Part shown: piece by piece, positions 33,530 through 44,374 of the stretch | Layout of the letters: every line of letters starts with the position of its first letter | How positions within the stretch are numbered: position 1 is the stretch's first letter | Source: Pseudomonadota bacterium | GTDB lineage: Bacteria; Pseudomonadota; Alphaproteobacteria; Paracaedibacterales; CAIOTO01 | DNA: 64,000 nucleotides | NCBI GenBank assembly: GCA_040387495.1 | Contig: JAZKDQ010000009.1 | Span: forward strand, 1 to 64,000 | Direction: 5' to 3' | Position numbers and translations under genes: made by a program | The notes under the pieces: model-generated | The model's input: only the letters and a program-made list of their open reading frames with translations | Databases searched by the model: none | Told to the model about the DNA's origin: nothing

Positions 33530-34868
33530 CACTACCCTTTGTCTTCGGCACATAACACACAATCTCAACAGGACGACGATCATCCATATCCGATGGATTA
33601 AATATATTCAAATTTTGCTCTGGTATAATAAATTCTGAATCACACATCACTTCAACCACAATCATCCCACGGCCTGGCATAAGCTCAGACAAGGCTCCAC
33701 CATCAAGCAACCTACGTTTCGCCCCAGTAATGCGATGGCTACGCACCATTTCAATGGCAAAATCGCTGCAAATTACAGCATCCATTAACCACTCTTCTAT
33801 TTGAGAAGCCGTCATTCCTTTTGGTGCACGCAGGCCAATCAAAAACGTATTAGTCATATAATTCTTATGAAGCCGCAGATAAAACAAACGTTCTTGTTGT
33901 GAAAATGGAATAACCGCATAGCTTTGCTCAATCGTATTAAGATAATGCTTAAGCAGCTCTAACAAAGGTGCGAAACACCCTTGAATGTCATTGTGATTAT
34001 ATCCTGGCAAAATAGGCGGCAATTGCGATAAACGAAGCGATGCAAGATGCCCTGCCGTATCGCATATCTTCTGAAATAAAACATATGGGTTCGTTGCTGG
34101 AGCATTCAAAATTGTTTCTAACGCAGGCAGCGCCGTGATTAATGGCCTTAGCAACATTTCTGTTTCAACCATTAAAGGTGTGCCTATTTGATTTTGCCAC
34201 CGTTCGCTTAAATAAGTAGCTTTCTCGCGAATACGTTGTGCAAGTTCTGCGCATTGTTTCCATAAATGTGTGTCGTGCGTAATGTAAAAGCAAGGCGGTA
34301 CAAAAGGCGCACGGCCGTATGACTCATCAAATGCAATTTTCAAGATAGGAAAACCTTGGCAAAGCGCAGGCGCCTTATTACCCACACTTAAAATCAAACG
34401 TGGAAATAGTCGTGGAATCGAAATAACATTATCCGACATATTTTCATCTTTAACGGCATCACCCTCGATGGAAATAAATCGCGGAAAATCACCCGTTGTT
34501 GGTGATCTATCGCCGCTACGTTCAGGCATAGATAGAAAAATGGTAATTTCTTCACGTGCAGTTTCAGGTTGATAACCACGAATATCAAGTTCAAGCGGCG
34601 GGACCTTAGCCATATCAGACCGATAATTCACAATCAACCCGTCGGGCATAACCACTTCAAGTTCAAGGATGCGGACCAGCCCATCAGTAAGTGCTATTGG
34701 GTCCACATGCAAAATATTTACGCCCCAATGATGATTGGAAAGCAGGTGCAGCTGATGCGCTAAGTGTTGGTGGTGACGCAGTTCCATTTGCTGAAAATGC
34801 TGAGGAGTCAACATCATGCCTTCATGCCAATGAATATGCGGGACGATTGTAAGATGACGTGCAGACAT
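33525..34868 (-). CDS. tssK: T6SS baseplate TssK
   Basis: WHEGMMLTPQHFQQ, MPDG, FVPPC, YNHNDI..CF. Confidence 0.92.
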   Translation of the reverse strand: MSARHLTIVPHIHWHEGMMLTPQHFQQMELRHHQHLAHQLHLLSNHHWGVNILHVDPIALTDGLVRILELEVVMPDGLIVNYRSDMAKVPPLELDIRGYQPETAREEITIFLSMPERSGDRSPTTGDFPRFISIEGDAVKDENMSDNVISIPRLFPRLILSVGNKAPALCQGFPILKIAFDESYGRAPFVPPCFYITHDTHLWKQCAELAQRIREKATYLSERWQNQIGTPLMVETEMLLRPLITALPALETILNAPATNPYVLFQKICDTAGHLASLRLSQLPPILPGYNHNDIQGCFAPLLELLKHYLNTIEQSYAVIPFSQQERLFYLRLHKNYMTNTFLIGLRAPKGMTASQIEEWLMDAVICSDFAIEMVRSHRITGAKRRLLDGGALSELMPGRGMIVVEVMCDSEFIIPEQNLNIFNPSDMDDRRPVEIVCYVPKTKGSV

Positions 34869-34879
34869 GCGGACTCCAA

Positions 34880-34940
34880 TAAAAATAGTTAAATTTTTAT
34901 TAATTATGCGGGTTTTTTGTGATTAGTTCAAGAAACATGG
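34880..34940 (-). promoter_or_regulatory. Sigma70-type promoter of tssK with CtrA-type box (repeat copy B)
   Basis: Minus strand TTGAAC-17-CATAAT; TTAA-N7-TTAAC at 34888-34903. Confidence 0.65.
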
Positions 34941-35230
34941 TAGGAACAGCTTCACCTTAATATAAACACCATAAGAGAGCGAAGTCTTTTAATCTACGCT
35001 TAATTGTCACCCTATAAGCTGCCTTTCTCCAGCCATCACCTTGGTAACACATAAGGTGGTGACGTTAACCCCAATAAAATAATCGTATTTAAGGTTAAAC
35101 TATATGCGCCTGAAGACACGTAAGACCTGCTGCATAAGTCATCTTTTGCCATAAGGATTTCTGCTGCTGGTCAGATGAATAATCCGGCGTATCCAGGAGG
35201 TCTGCAATTTCTTTTAAAACAGGAGCTCTT

Positions 35231-37669
35231 TTAACAGCCTGGTTGCTTAACGTGTTCCTTCAACCCGGCCATACGGAGCTCTTCCGCGCGATATGACTCT
35301 TTTCCTTCAGGGGTTAGTATAAAATGTTTCATCAATAATATAAATTCATTCGACATTTCTACTTCACTTACGTTATCGTCCAACAAAATTTTCAAAAAAT
35401 CAGGAAATTTTTTTCCATTATAAAGACCGTCCTCATTCATAATTCTACCTGTTTCTTCAATCCCTCTACGCGCATAATCACATAATTTCTTCCCACAAGG
35501 ATTGTTAATGTTATCCTTCAATATATCTTGAAAATACATATTTATGACGTCCGTAGCCATCATCGTAGCCTGAGTTGCCTTTTTTGGTATTGCAATCGTT
35601 TTGCCGTCTTCAGTTTTAAAGGGCCGCTTGTAATGTCGTATCTCAAGGGGAGTATTTTCATCTATTACGATGTTAATAATCGCTGACCCAATGTGGGTTA
35701 CATCATCAAACGTTCCCTTTTGTGACTCATTCTCTTTCTTAAAATTCTCTTTGAGGTTATTAAGACTGTTTTTTCCCTGCTCAATCGCCATTGCAGGTGT
35801 TAAGCTTACCCCTTCGGGTGGATAAGCTCCTCTTAATTTAGCTGAATATACAACTCCAAATTTGTCCGTTACCGGGTGAAACATATTCCCATCAGGCATA
35901 GTCATAATCGTCTTTCTATTCCTCATATCACCCTTACATAAGGCCATAACGCGCGGCTTTGCCACTACTGGATGACTATTAGAAATCCTTTTTTCATATG
36001 AATAATTTTCATTATCTGCAAGTTTAGCAGAATTTTCTAATATTAGCTGTGTTCCACACCAAGCTGCAATAATTACATAATCAAAATTATTATCATAAAC
36101 TTCTTGCTTACCATCAATCATTCTAATTATTTTATAGTAGAAATTGTTATTTTTATCCTTATGAGAGGTCACCGCATGGACTTTGTAATTTGTTTGCAGT
36201 GTTATGTTTTCGGCTTTCTCTATTTCTCTTTTTAGAAGTATATCTCTTTTTAATACATTCATCGGTCTATCTTTAAACGATATAAATGCACTTTTTATTT
36301 TTGGGGAATTAACTTCTTCCGTCATTTCTTTTTTCAATTCATCTTGCGACTTACTCAAGTTACGTTTGATATCAGGTGTATCCCGTACTTCATAATACAT
36401 ATTTTTCGAAAGTCTTCGAGTCGCTTTTTGAGTTTCTTCATATAAAGGTTTATCTGAATTTTCATTTACTGCAAATATAACAGAAGGGTCCTGCTCAGGA
36501 GGAAAAAGTGTGGGGTACGTCTCAGCCAGATGACCTCCTCCTAGTCGGCAGCATAATGCTGATAGTGCATCAGTGGAGTATTCACTGCCTTTCCCATGGA
36601 CCAAAAATCCTGTTTTAGATGCTCCATCCATCGGATGTTCATCATCAGTAAATAATGTTGTATGCGATATAACACGAATGTCTTTATTAAACTGATTTTC
36701 CGTTTTTGATAAGTTATTGAATTGCAACCCAAGTGTCGTTCCTTCCAAGCCAGCGCCGATAACCGCAATCCGCTTTTTTATAACGTTACCTTTTTTAGTT
36801 GGGGTATTTTTAAAAGCAACATTAGGGTCGTAAGATGCTTTAGGTTTATTTTCTTTATTATCCAACGAAGATAAAGGTAGAAATGTTTCGATACTACTTT
36901 CACATCTAATTTTTCCTGGAACATTCGCAACTGATAGTTTATTGTTTCTATGCAAAAATGTTTCAAGACTAAGTCCGCGTTTAGTTTTTTCTGGCATACC
37001 AATATTAAAGGCAATTGCGTCAGCAACAGAAACTGGGCTTTTCAATAGCTCATAAGTGTCAAGAGTTTGTGAACGTCGACACGTATCTGGAACTTTAACA
37101 CTTGCAACCTTAGTTAATGCTGCAACAGTATTGGAATATAGCTGGCAATCTACGCCATCTATATTTGTATACTCATTATCATCATCCGAAGTTTCTTCTA
37201 GTTTTATAAACCCATTAGCAGAATTAATGCTGAACGCTCTTACAAGTGGTATTTTGCTTGCATCATTTTCCCCACAGATAAAACTTAGCACACTTGAACG
37301 ACCATCACTAACATCATCATTTAGAGCAACGCTCTCTTGGCATACATAATCAACAAGATCCTCATCGAGAATAGAACTTGATGAACTCAACAAATCTCTT
37401 TTAGCAAAAAATGGCTTCGGACTTGCCTTGTTAACGGCATTCGAACCAGTTGAGATTTCTTTTTCTTTAAGAGCTTCAAGGGTCTTAACGACACGTCTAT
37501 AATGGGGAGAATTTGAAGCTTTGGGAGACCTTCCAGAATTAGCAGCATCTAGTAAATCTATAATAACTTGTAAATTTGGATTAACAAGATGAAGCCCCTC
37601 TTTTGTTGAGGCAAAACTGCTTGATAACAACAAGATAAAGCATAATAGCGTATAGCACATATTTTTCAA
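35231..37669 (-). CDS. Secreted protein with FAD-dependent oxidoreductase-like domain
   Basis: Signal peptide; Ser-rich N-region; RIAVIGAGLEGTTLG Rossmann motif, GASKTG, FDYVIIAAW. Confidence 0.6.
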   Translation of the reverse strand: MKNMCYTLLCFILLLSSSFASTKEGLHLVNPNLQVIIDLLDAANSGRSPKASNSPHYRRVVKTLEALKEKEISTGSNAVNKASPKPFFAKRDLLSSSSSILDEDLVDYVCQESVALNDDVSDGRSSVLSFICGENDASKIPLVRAFSINSANGFIKLEETSDDDNEYTNIDGVDCQLYSNTVAALTKVASVKVPDTCRRSQTLDTYELLKSPVSVADAIAFNIGMPEKTKRGLSLETFLHRNNKLSVANVPGKIRCESSIETFLPLSSLDNKENKPKASYDPNVAFKNTPTKKGNVIKKRIAVIGAGLEGTTLGLQFNNLSKTENQFNKDIRVISHTTLFTDDEHPMDGASKTGFLVHGKGSEYSTDALSALCCRLGGGHLAETYPTLFPPEQDPSVIFAVNENSDKPLYEETQKATRRLSKNMYYEVRDTPDIKRNLSKSQDELKKEMTEEVNSPKIKSAFISFKDRPMNVLKRDILLKREIEKAENITLQTNYKVHAVTSHKDKNNNFYYKIIRMIDGKQEVYDNNFDYVIIAAWCGTQLILENSAKLADNENYSYEKRISNSHPVVAKPRVMALCKGDMRNRKTIMTMPDGNMFHPVTDKFGVVYSAKLRGAYPPEGVSLTPAMAIEQGKNSLNNLKENFKKENESQKGTFDDVTHIGSAIINIVIDENTPLEIRHYKRPFKTEDGKTIAIPKKATQATMMATDVINMYFQDILKDNINNPCGKKLCDYARRGIEETGRIMNEDGLYNGKKFPDFLKILLDDNVSEVEMSNEFILLMKHFILTPEGKESYRAEELRMAGLKEHVKQPGC

Positions 37670-39168
37670 ATCACAGGTTGCAGGGGTAAAAGAAATTTAA
37701 AAGTCGTACCGACATTTTCGCGAGAGATCACAGTAATTAAACCTCCATGATTTTCAACGATTTTTTTGCATAGGCTCAAACCAATGCCATGCGTGCTTCC
37801 TTCTGATTTAGAATGGAATTTTTTGAATGGTAAAAAAATTTCTTTATGATATTTTTTACTAATACCAATGCCGATATCCTTAATTTGGAATTCAACAAAG
37901 TTATTTTTTTCTTTCGCAGAGATGCTAATGATAGGCGGGCTTGAAGCCGCAGTAAACTTGATAGCATTGTTAATTAGATTTTGGAATAACTGCATAATTT
38001 GCAAGCGATCCGCATAAATTATAGGCATTTCATTAATAGCAATAACTGCATTCTTTTCTTGGATCTGAGAATCCAACATGGATAACACTTCTCTTATCAA
38101 ATCACTAGAAGAAAAGGATGACATTGAATTTGTACGTAGCCCACCGGATGAATACTCTAAAACGGATTTTATAAGTTTATCCATTCTTAATGTGCCTTCA
38201 TGAATAAGTTGCAAAAAGTGGTCAATATTTTCATTTTTTCCCTCTGCATGTTCATTCTTTAATAACTTAGAAAATGAGCTAATCGCACGCAGGGGCTCTC
38301 TTAATTCATGACAGCAAATATGGGCGAAACAGTCCAAATCACTATTAAGGTTTTTAAGTTTTTCAATAGCTTGCTCAAGATCATTTGTTTTTACTTCTAA
38401 CTGTTTTGTACGACTAGCGACTTTTCTTTTTAATTCGCTAGCATGCTTTTTTAATAGTCCTCTTGCTTTTTTGATTTCAGTAATATCTCGTATAATACCT
38501 ACTAAAATTTTACTTCCCGTTAATGTTCTGAAAACAGATTTCTTCGTGGATATTATTCGTGTTTTACCTGTGATCCCGGTAAAGTTTTCTTCATTTATTG
38601 TTGTTTTTTCCATTTTGAATGTTTTTCGATCAAGTTTGTAAAAAACTTCACTTTCTTGTGGGGTGAAAAAATCGCGATCACTTTTAAGATTAAGCTGCTC
38701 AACGGGATAGCCTAAGGCATTTGAAAACGCCTGGTTTACATAGGTCCAGCGGTGCAAATCATCTTTAACAAAAATGGGGTCAGAAACAGCGTCAATAATA
38801 TTTCTTAGCATCATATTTTCGTTATTTATTGCTGTATTATCAATTAACATCAGACTAAAATGATCATTTTCTAATGGTGCCAGATAACAAATAAAGTGAT
38901 AGATTTCGCCGTGTGCTTTCTTAATCTTCAAGGCACATGAAACTTTTTCTTTTGTTTCCTCAGCTTGAAAAAGATTTTCATTCAATTCTTTCAAACAATC
39001 CTGATCGATAAAAAAGAAAAGATTAGATTGGGTTAGACTAACTAATTTTTTAAATACAGTGTTTTCATAAACTATATCGCCATTTTTTTTAATGATAACA
39101 ACAGAGGATGGAAAATAATTCCCAAAATTTTCCCAGAATGAAGTGCTTTGAAACATTTTCTCACTCAT
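37666..39168 (-). CDS. Cytoplasmic PAS-PAS sensor histidine kinase
   Basis: PAS (DPIFVKD), H-box CHELREPL, NLINNAIKF, DIGIG, GIGLSLCK. Confidence 0.9.
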   Translation of the reverse strand: MSEKMFQSTSFWENFGNYFPSSVVIIKKNGDIVYENTVFKKLVSLTQSNLFFFIDQDCLKELNENLFQAEETKEKVSCALKIKKAHGEIYHFICYLAPLENDHFSLMLIDNTAINNENMMLRNIIDAVSDPIFVKDDLHRWTYVNQAFSNALGYPVEQLNLKSDRDFFTPQESEVFYKLDRKTFKMEKTTINEENFTGITGKTRIISTKKSVFRTLTGSKILVGIIRDITEIKKARGLLKKHASELKRKVASRTKQLEVKTNDLEQAIEKLKNLNSDLDCFAHICCHELREPLRAISSFSKLLKNEHAEGKNENIDHFLQLIHEGTLRMDKLIKSVLEYSSGGLRTNSMSSFSSSDLIREVLSMLDSQIQEKNAVIAINEMPIIYADRLQIMQLFQNLINNAIKFTAASSPPIISISAKEKNNFVEFQIKDIGIGISKKYHKEIFLPFKKFHSKSEGSTHGIGLSLCKKIVENHGGLITVISRENVGTTFKFLLPLQPVI

Positions 39169-39498
39169 TACTTTTACTTTCTTTGAATGAAAAAATTATT
39201 TATAAGCATAATTTACATAAAATCACAATCAACATTCCAATTTGTTTTCAGACAAAAAATTGATTCTTTCCTGCTACTACTTTCATGCAATAGATCGATG
39301 CATCATTCGTTTCTTTTTATGCAAGGCACTTGTCTGAAAAAAAAACAAAAGAACACACACACACCAATTTAATTTAGTATTTAATATATTTTTAATGAAA
39401 GATCAGTTTTCTGTAAAGGTTGAAAGAATCATAAAATTTCAACCAAAGTGATTGTCCATAGTCTTTCTCTACATCAAGATATGCGCAAGGCTACTAAT

Positions 39499-39634
39499 TA
39501 TAGCGGTTCAAGGATAATTTGAGCATAAAGAAACCAAGGATCGAGCAGCTTCATTGCCTGAAATACGAGAACTAGTTGAACAGCGGAGATTGCGATGTGT
39601 TGCTTTTATAATCAATTCATAATCAAATGGCTAT
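39499..39634. repeat. RPE-like palindromic miniature element (degenerate copy 2)
   Basis: TATAGCGGTTCAAGGATAATTTGAGCATAAAGAAACCAAGGATCGA resembles the copy-1 left end; right end ATAATCAATTCATAATCAAATGGCTAT also resembles copy 1. Confidence 0.55.
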
Positions 39635-39696
39635 CTCTGCATCTCTTTTTCACCCTCACACTTGACCCTGCGTTCGCTTCAATTTAAAGTGCACAT

Positions 39697-41568
39697 ATGA
39701 ACTGGTATTTTTATACATCCCTTATCCTCGCGGCTCTAACCCCTGCCCTAGCTGCAACCACATTAACTCCTATCGTGGTCACGGCCAAAAGACACGTGCC
39801 CGCTTTATCTAAAAACAGCGTTACTGAAAAAGATATCCAAGGCAACCAATATGAACATGTTACTGACGCCATCGCAAACATTCCCGGTGTGTATATAGCC
39901 CAGCATGGTAGTCAAGGGCAACTCACCTCGGTGTATATACGTGGCGGCAATTCAGAACACACCAGCGTCATCATTGATGGTGTGAAAGCCAACGACCCAT
40001 CAACGGGGGGATTCAATTTTGCTGGCCTCGGTACCGAAAGCGTCTCCATAGTCAATGTCCTGCGCGGTGTATCCGTAGCCGATGGTGGATCCGATGCACT
40101 TTCAGGCGCGATTATGATCGAAACACGGCGTGGCCAAAACAGCATAGACGGCACACCCCGTTTTGATACAAAAATTGAAGGGGGGTCTTATGATACGTAT
40201 AGTGTTGATTCTGGGCTTGAGGGGCAATCCGACCATGCTGATTATCATGTACGCGTAATTCGAAATGCAAGCCGCGGGTCTGTTACAACACCAAACCGCC
40301 TGCAAACAATACCGCGCCAAAGACAATATGACTCTTCTGATCGCACAGGATTTGTCGCGCGTACAGGAGTTCAACTAAACGATGCTTGGCGTATTAATAT
40401 GTGGAATCGCATGCAAGAAGTAAATGATACATCAGCATCAATTTATCACGCTAATGCAGCGCGCCACGGTCTGACAAAAAGCAACTTTCATCGCGCAGAA
40501 ATTGAAACTGATCTTGATCGGTATACGCAAAAGATGGGTTATTCAGTAGCACTAACAGAACGCATAAACAAAAGCGAATACGCACCTTTTGGCCCCAGCA
40601 ATACCAACAAAGGTCGCTCTGATACGCTTTACTTCAATAACAAATTTTTGGTGACCCAAAAATATAGTGTGCTCACAAACCTTACACATGAACGCCAAGA
40701 ACAATTGGCGCAAACAGAATTTTTGCCCGGGGCACAGCATCGCGCCATTCAACAAACAGCGGCCATGGGGCACAAACTATCCCCCACTCAAGTTTGGAAC
40801 ATTGAACTCTGGGGACGTTGGCACCATCACACAGCCTTTAAACATTATTACAGCACCAAGGCCAAAACAGACTACGCAATTACACCCACACAAACGACGC
40901 TATTAGCAAGTTACGGTACGGGCATTCGCGCCCCAAGCTTAAACCAATTGTATGAACCAAAAGGCGGGAACTCAAGCCTAAATCCTGAAAAGTCAAAGGG
41001 TTTTGATATCGGGGCAGAACAGGTCATCATCGAAAAGCGGGCACGTGGTGGCATCACCTATTTTGAACAAGATTTGGATGACCTCATCTCAAATGTTTCT
41101 ATAACGAAAGAACAATGGATTTATATGAATATTTCAAAGGCAAAAACGTATGGCGTTGAGTCTTTTGTTGAAACGAAACTTGGTGCACGCGATGCGCCGC
41201 CCATAACGCTGCGCGTTGAACATACATTCTTGCACGCAAAAAACACGCTGCAAAAAACACAATTACTACGCCGGCCTATGCATAAAATCACAGCGCACGT
41301 GTTGTGGCAAGTGACAGAACCACTTTTACTGGGCGCTGGCCTTATTCATTATGGTAAACGTTCTGATCTTGACGCAACTGTATTTAATCGTGTGTACCGT
41401 AAAGGACCGACAGTTCTACGGCTTTGGGGGTCATATCAGGTCAATCAAAAGACTGAATTCTTTGGACGGGTAGAAAATGCTGGAAATAGCCATTACGAAT
41501 ACCCCGAAGGATTTGCTGCCCCTAGCATGGCAGTTTATGCCGGCGTTCGGGTACGCGGCAGCTTTTAG
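39697..41568 (+). CDS. TonB-dependent receptor (BtuB-like)
   Basis: Signal peptide, IVVTAKR TonB box, plug YIRGGNSEHTSVIIDGV, RAPSLNQLY, NPEKS, terminal Phe. Confidence 0.88.
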   Translation: MNWYFYTSLILAALTPALAATTLTPIVVTAKRHVPALSKNSVTEKDIQGNQYEHVTDAIANIPGVYIAQHGSQGQLTSVYIRGGNSEHTSVIIDGVKANDPSTGGFNFAGLGTESVSIVNVLRGVSVADGGSDALSGAIMIETRRGQNSIDGTPRFDTKIEGGSYDTYSVDSGLEGQSDHADYHVRVIRNASRGSVTTPNRLQTIPRQRQYDSSDRTGFVARTGVQLNDAWRINMWNRMQEVNDTSASIYHANAARHGLTKSNFHRAEIETDLDRYTQKMGYSVALTERINKSEYAPFGPSNTNKGRSDTLYFNNKFLVTQKYSVLTNLTHERQEQLAQTEFLPGAQHRAIQQTAAMGHKLSPTQVWNIELWGRWHHHTAFKHYYSTKAKTDYAITPTQTTLLASYGTGIRAPSLNQLYEPKGGNSSLNPEKSKGFDIGAEQVIIEKRARGGITYFEQDLDDLISNVSITKEQWIYMNISKAKTYGVESFVETKLGARDAPPITLRVEHTFLHAKNTLQKTQLLRRPMHKITAHVLWQVTEPLLLGAGLIHYGKRSDLDATVFNRVYRKGPTVLRLWGSYQVNQKTEFFGRVENAGNSHYEYPEGFAAPSMAVYAGVRVRGSF

Positions 41569-41665
41569 CGAAAAAGCTTACACGTGATTTTTTAAAAAAT
41601 TACTATTAAATAATTTGTAATAATCACCATATATCTAATATTAGATATAAAAGGGAAAATTTATA

Positions 41666-41963
41666 ATGAAAAAAATTTATGCTGCATTCTTAACCACAAC
41701 TGCTCTAACTCATCTTTGCACAGCTAGTCAAAATTCTTAAGAGAAAGCAGATGGTTAGACTCTGTTTTTTATCACAAATTACTTCAATAGAAGAAGGTAA
41801 TAAAAGAGAATTATTAGCAACCCCGAAAGAATTATTACCAACCCGGCTTGAATCAGTCATGCCAAGATTAGGGCACAAAAGTCTGTTTTAGAGCAACTGG
41901 ACATAAAGCAACAACGCTTAAAAAGAGTTCTTCTGTTGAGGTTAAGGCTGCCACGGCTGCATA
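41666..41963 (+). pseudogene. Decayed secreted-protein gene remnant
   Basis: AAGGGA RBS, MKKIYAAFLTTTALTHLCTASQNS* followed by broken frames. Confidence 0.35.
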
Positions 41964-42000
41964 GTAATCCGGATGTTGGATAAATTAGAGAGATCACTCC

Positions 42001-42033
42001 CCTTTCATACAAACAACAGGACGTGTGAAAGGG
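42001..42033. terminator. Hairpin downstream of parB
   Basis: CCCTTTCATAC...GTGTGAAAGGG stem. Confidence 0.35.
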
Positions 42034-42056
42034 ATGAAAATCAAAAAAAATTTCAT

Positions 42057-42896
42057 TTAATTAGCCGATAGTTTTTGAATTAAATCATCTAATTGATCGT
42101 AACTTGTGAAATAAAACGTCAGCGTTCCGCCCGTTTGATATGTGGTGATCTTCGTTCGAATTCCCAGTGTCTCCTGCAGCTGTTGCGCTAATATAGCCGC
42201 GTCAGCATTTTGCGGCGATTGATGAGGAACATTTTTATTTTGACGAATTGCTTCTGTTTGGCGAACATTCAAACCTTCGTTCATAATACGATTTGCTGTT
42301 GCTTCAGCATTTGGATCATTGATCAAATTTCGCGCATGACCAGGGCTAATCTTTCGATCACGCACAAGCTCTTTAAGATAACTGCTCAAACTATTAAGTC
42401 GCATTTGATTGGCAACGTAACTGCGACTCTTGCTTACTGCATGCGCAATTTCTTCTTGTGTTTTATTATGCTCATTTGCCAATCGCATAAATGCTTCGGC
42501 TTCATCCATTGGATTAAGATCATCTCGCTGAAGATTCTCAACTAGGCCAATTTGAAGTGCTTCCGTATCAGTACATTCAATAATAACCGCTGGAATAGTC
42601 TTGTGACCAGCCATTTCAGATGCGCGCCAGCGACGTTCCCCGGCAATAATTTCAAAACGATCAGTATCAACCTTACGAACAACAATTGGCTGCAAAACAC
42701 CATTTTTACGAATTGAGTCCATAAGATCGTTGAGTTTTTCATTATCAAAAACTTGACGTGGCTGCAATCGTCCAGGACTAATATTTTCAAGGGGGATACG
42801 ATTATTAGTGTTTTCAATACCATTTTCAATTTCACGTGCAGATTCTGCAATGTCGCCTAAGAGGGCAGCGAGGCCTTTTCCAACGAGATTTGTCAT
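42057..42896 (-). CDS. parB: Chromosome partitioning protein ParB
   Basis: GKGLAALL, QPR, GVLQPI, IAGERRWRA, ENLQRDDL, HTH. Confidence 0.95.
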   Translation of the reverse strand: MTNLVGKGLAALLGDIAESAREIENGIENTNNRIPLENISPGRLQPRQVFDNEKLNDLMDSIRKNGVLQPIVVRKVDTDRFEIIAGERRWRASEMAGHKTIPAVIIECTDTEALQIGLVENLQRDDLNPMDEAEAFMRLANEHNKTQEEIAHAVSKSRSYVANQMRLNSLSSYLKELVRDRKISPGHARNLINDPNAEATANRIMNEGLNVRQTEAIRQNKNVPHQSPQNADAAILAQQLQETLGIRTKITTYQTGGTLTFYFTSYDQLDDLIQKLSAN

Positions 42897-43666
42897 GCGG
42901 CAACCTTTGATTTGTCAAGAATTTCTTTAGCGAGGGACATGTATGCTTGTGAACCAAGGCAGTTCACATCGTAGACAAGCACAGGTTTTCCATGTGATGG
43001 AGCTTCTGAAACTTTTACGTTTCGTGGAATAACGGTCTGGAAAACTTTGTTTTTTAAATGTTGCCTTACATCCTCCGCCACTTGGGTACACAGCGAACTT
43101 CGCTTATCAAACATGGTCAAAACAATCCCAAAAAGCTGTAAGCGTGGGTTGTAATTTTTCTGAATTTTTTGTATCGAATTAAGTAAATAACTGAGTCCTT
43201 GAAGAGCAAAATACTCACATTGAAGCGGGACAATAACGGACGTTGCCGCAACCATGGCATTTAGCGTAAGCAACCCCATCGATGGAGGGCAGTCAATCAC
43301 AATAAAATCATAGTCCACAAGATGTGGCTGAAGAGCTCTTTTCAAGATTTCTTGACGACCTTCTTTTTGCACAAGTTCAATCTCAGCACCCACAAGATCA
43401 ACGGATGATGGGACAATAAAAAGTCCCGGGATAAATGTAGGCTGCATAACGTCAGACATTGTTGCACGACCAACAAGTAGATCATAAAGTGTTACATAAC
43501 CTTCTTTTTTAGTGTATCCAAGGCCTGTTGACGCGTTAGCTTGTGGATCCATATCGATCAATAGAACACGTTTTTCAACAGCCGCAAGTGCCGTTGCAAT
43601 ATTAATAGCCGTTGTCGTTTTGCCCACACCGCCTTTTTGGTTGGCAATGACGATGATTTCAGTCAT
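42893..43666 (-). CDS. parA: Chromosome partitioning ATPase ParA
   Basis: NQKGGVGKTT, DPQANAS, DCPPS, EAPSHG. Confidence 0.96.
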   Translation of the reverse strand: MTEIIVIANQKGGVGKTTTAINIATALAAVEKRVLLIDMDPQANASTGLGYTKKEGYVTLYDLLVGRATMSDVMQPTFIPGLFIVPSSVDLVGAEIELVQKEGRQEILKRALQPHLVDYDFIVIDCPPSMGLLTLNAMVAATSVIVPLQCEYFALQGLSYLLNSIQKIQKNYNPRLQLFGIVLTMFDKRSSLCTQVAEDVRQHLKNKVFQTVIPRNVKVSEAPSHGKPVLVYDVNCLGSQAYMSLAKEILDKSKVAA

Positions 43667-43914
43667 ATCGTTTCCTAGGTAGGTGACGCCCTTTTAGAGA
43701 ATCTATCTTATAATATGTCATAGTACATCTTTTAAATTAGAATGTGAAGTTTGGAATTTTACGTAGAACATTAAATATACAAAATTCTTGATGGGTAGTA
43801 TAACATGCGCATAATAACAACATTCACCAATACTTTCTCTTGCTTCATTTCAAAATCACTGTCATTACAAATAATGTTGCTAACTTTTATTAAAACCTGT
43901 TAAATAGTAAACAA

Positions 43915-43930
43915 TGTTTCACGTGAAACA
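43915..43930. promoter_or_regulatory. parS site
   Basis: Perfect TGTTTCACGTGAAACA. Confidence 0.92.
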
Positions 43931-44153
43931 CTTCGTCGCAAGCAAAGAGTGAGCTGGCAAACAAACACATTTTAGCCAAAATTAATAATTTTTAAAAACT
44001 GCCTTCAAAATACTTTTCATTTGCAATCAACTTCAATTCTTGCATTAGCATTAGTTTCGACACGCGATCCTATCCGTTCAGAATTCAGGTCATACCTTTT
44101 ACCCTCACTAGTCTACTAGTATGCATAACTGAATCGAAGAATAAACCATTTTT

Positions 44154-44169
44154 TGTTTCACGTGAAACA
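44154..44169. promoter_or_regulatory. parS site
   Basis: Perfect TGTTTCACGTGAAACA. Confidence 0.92.
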
Positions 44170-44358
44170 ATTTTCCATAATCAGAAAGCAAATAAATTAC
44201 AATTTACAGCAAAGATTGCGAGGCTGAATTGAAGGCCATTTCCTAAAAGTTGATTTACAGACCTCACGTTGAATGTATTTATAGTGCAATTGATAAATTT
44301 TAGTTGGTGAAGCCTGAACAATAAAAGCCCAACTCTAAGAACTTAAAATATTCATAAA

Positions 44359-44374
44359 TGTTTCACGTGAAACA
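44359..44374. promoter_or_regulatory. parS site overlapping the rsmG stop codon
   Basis: Perfect TGTTTCACGTGAAACA. Confidence 0.92.

Noticed and set aside
39400..39696. Cobalamin riboswitch upstream of the BtuB-like receptor
   Set aside because: No B12-box or GGGAA/GCCCCCGCAACTGT core seen; the structured segment matches the RPE-like repeat instead
43667..44362. oriC in the parA-rsmG intergenic region
   Set aside because: No clear DnaA-box cluster found by eye
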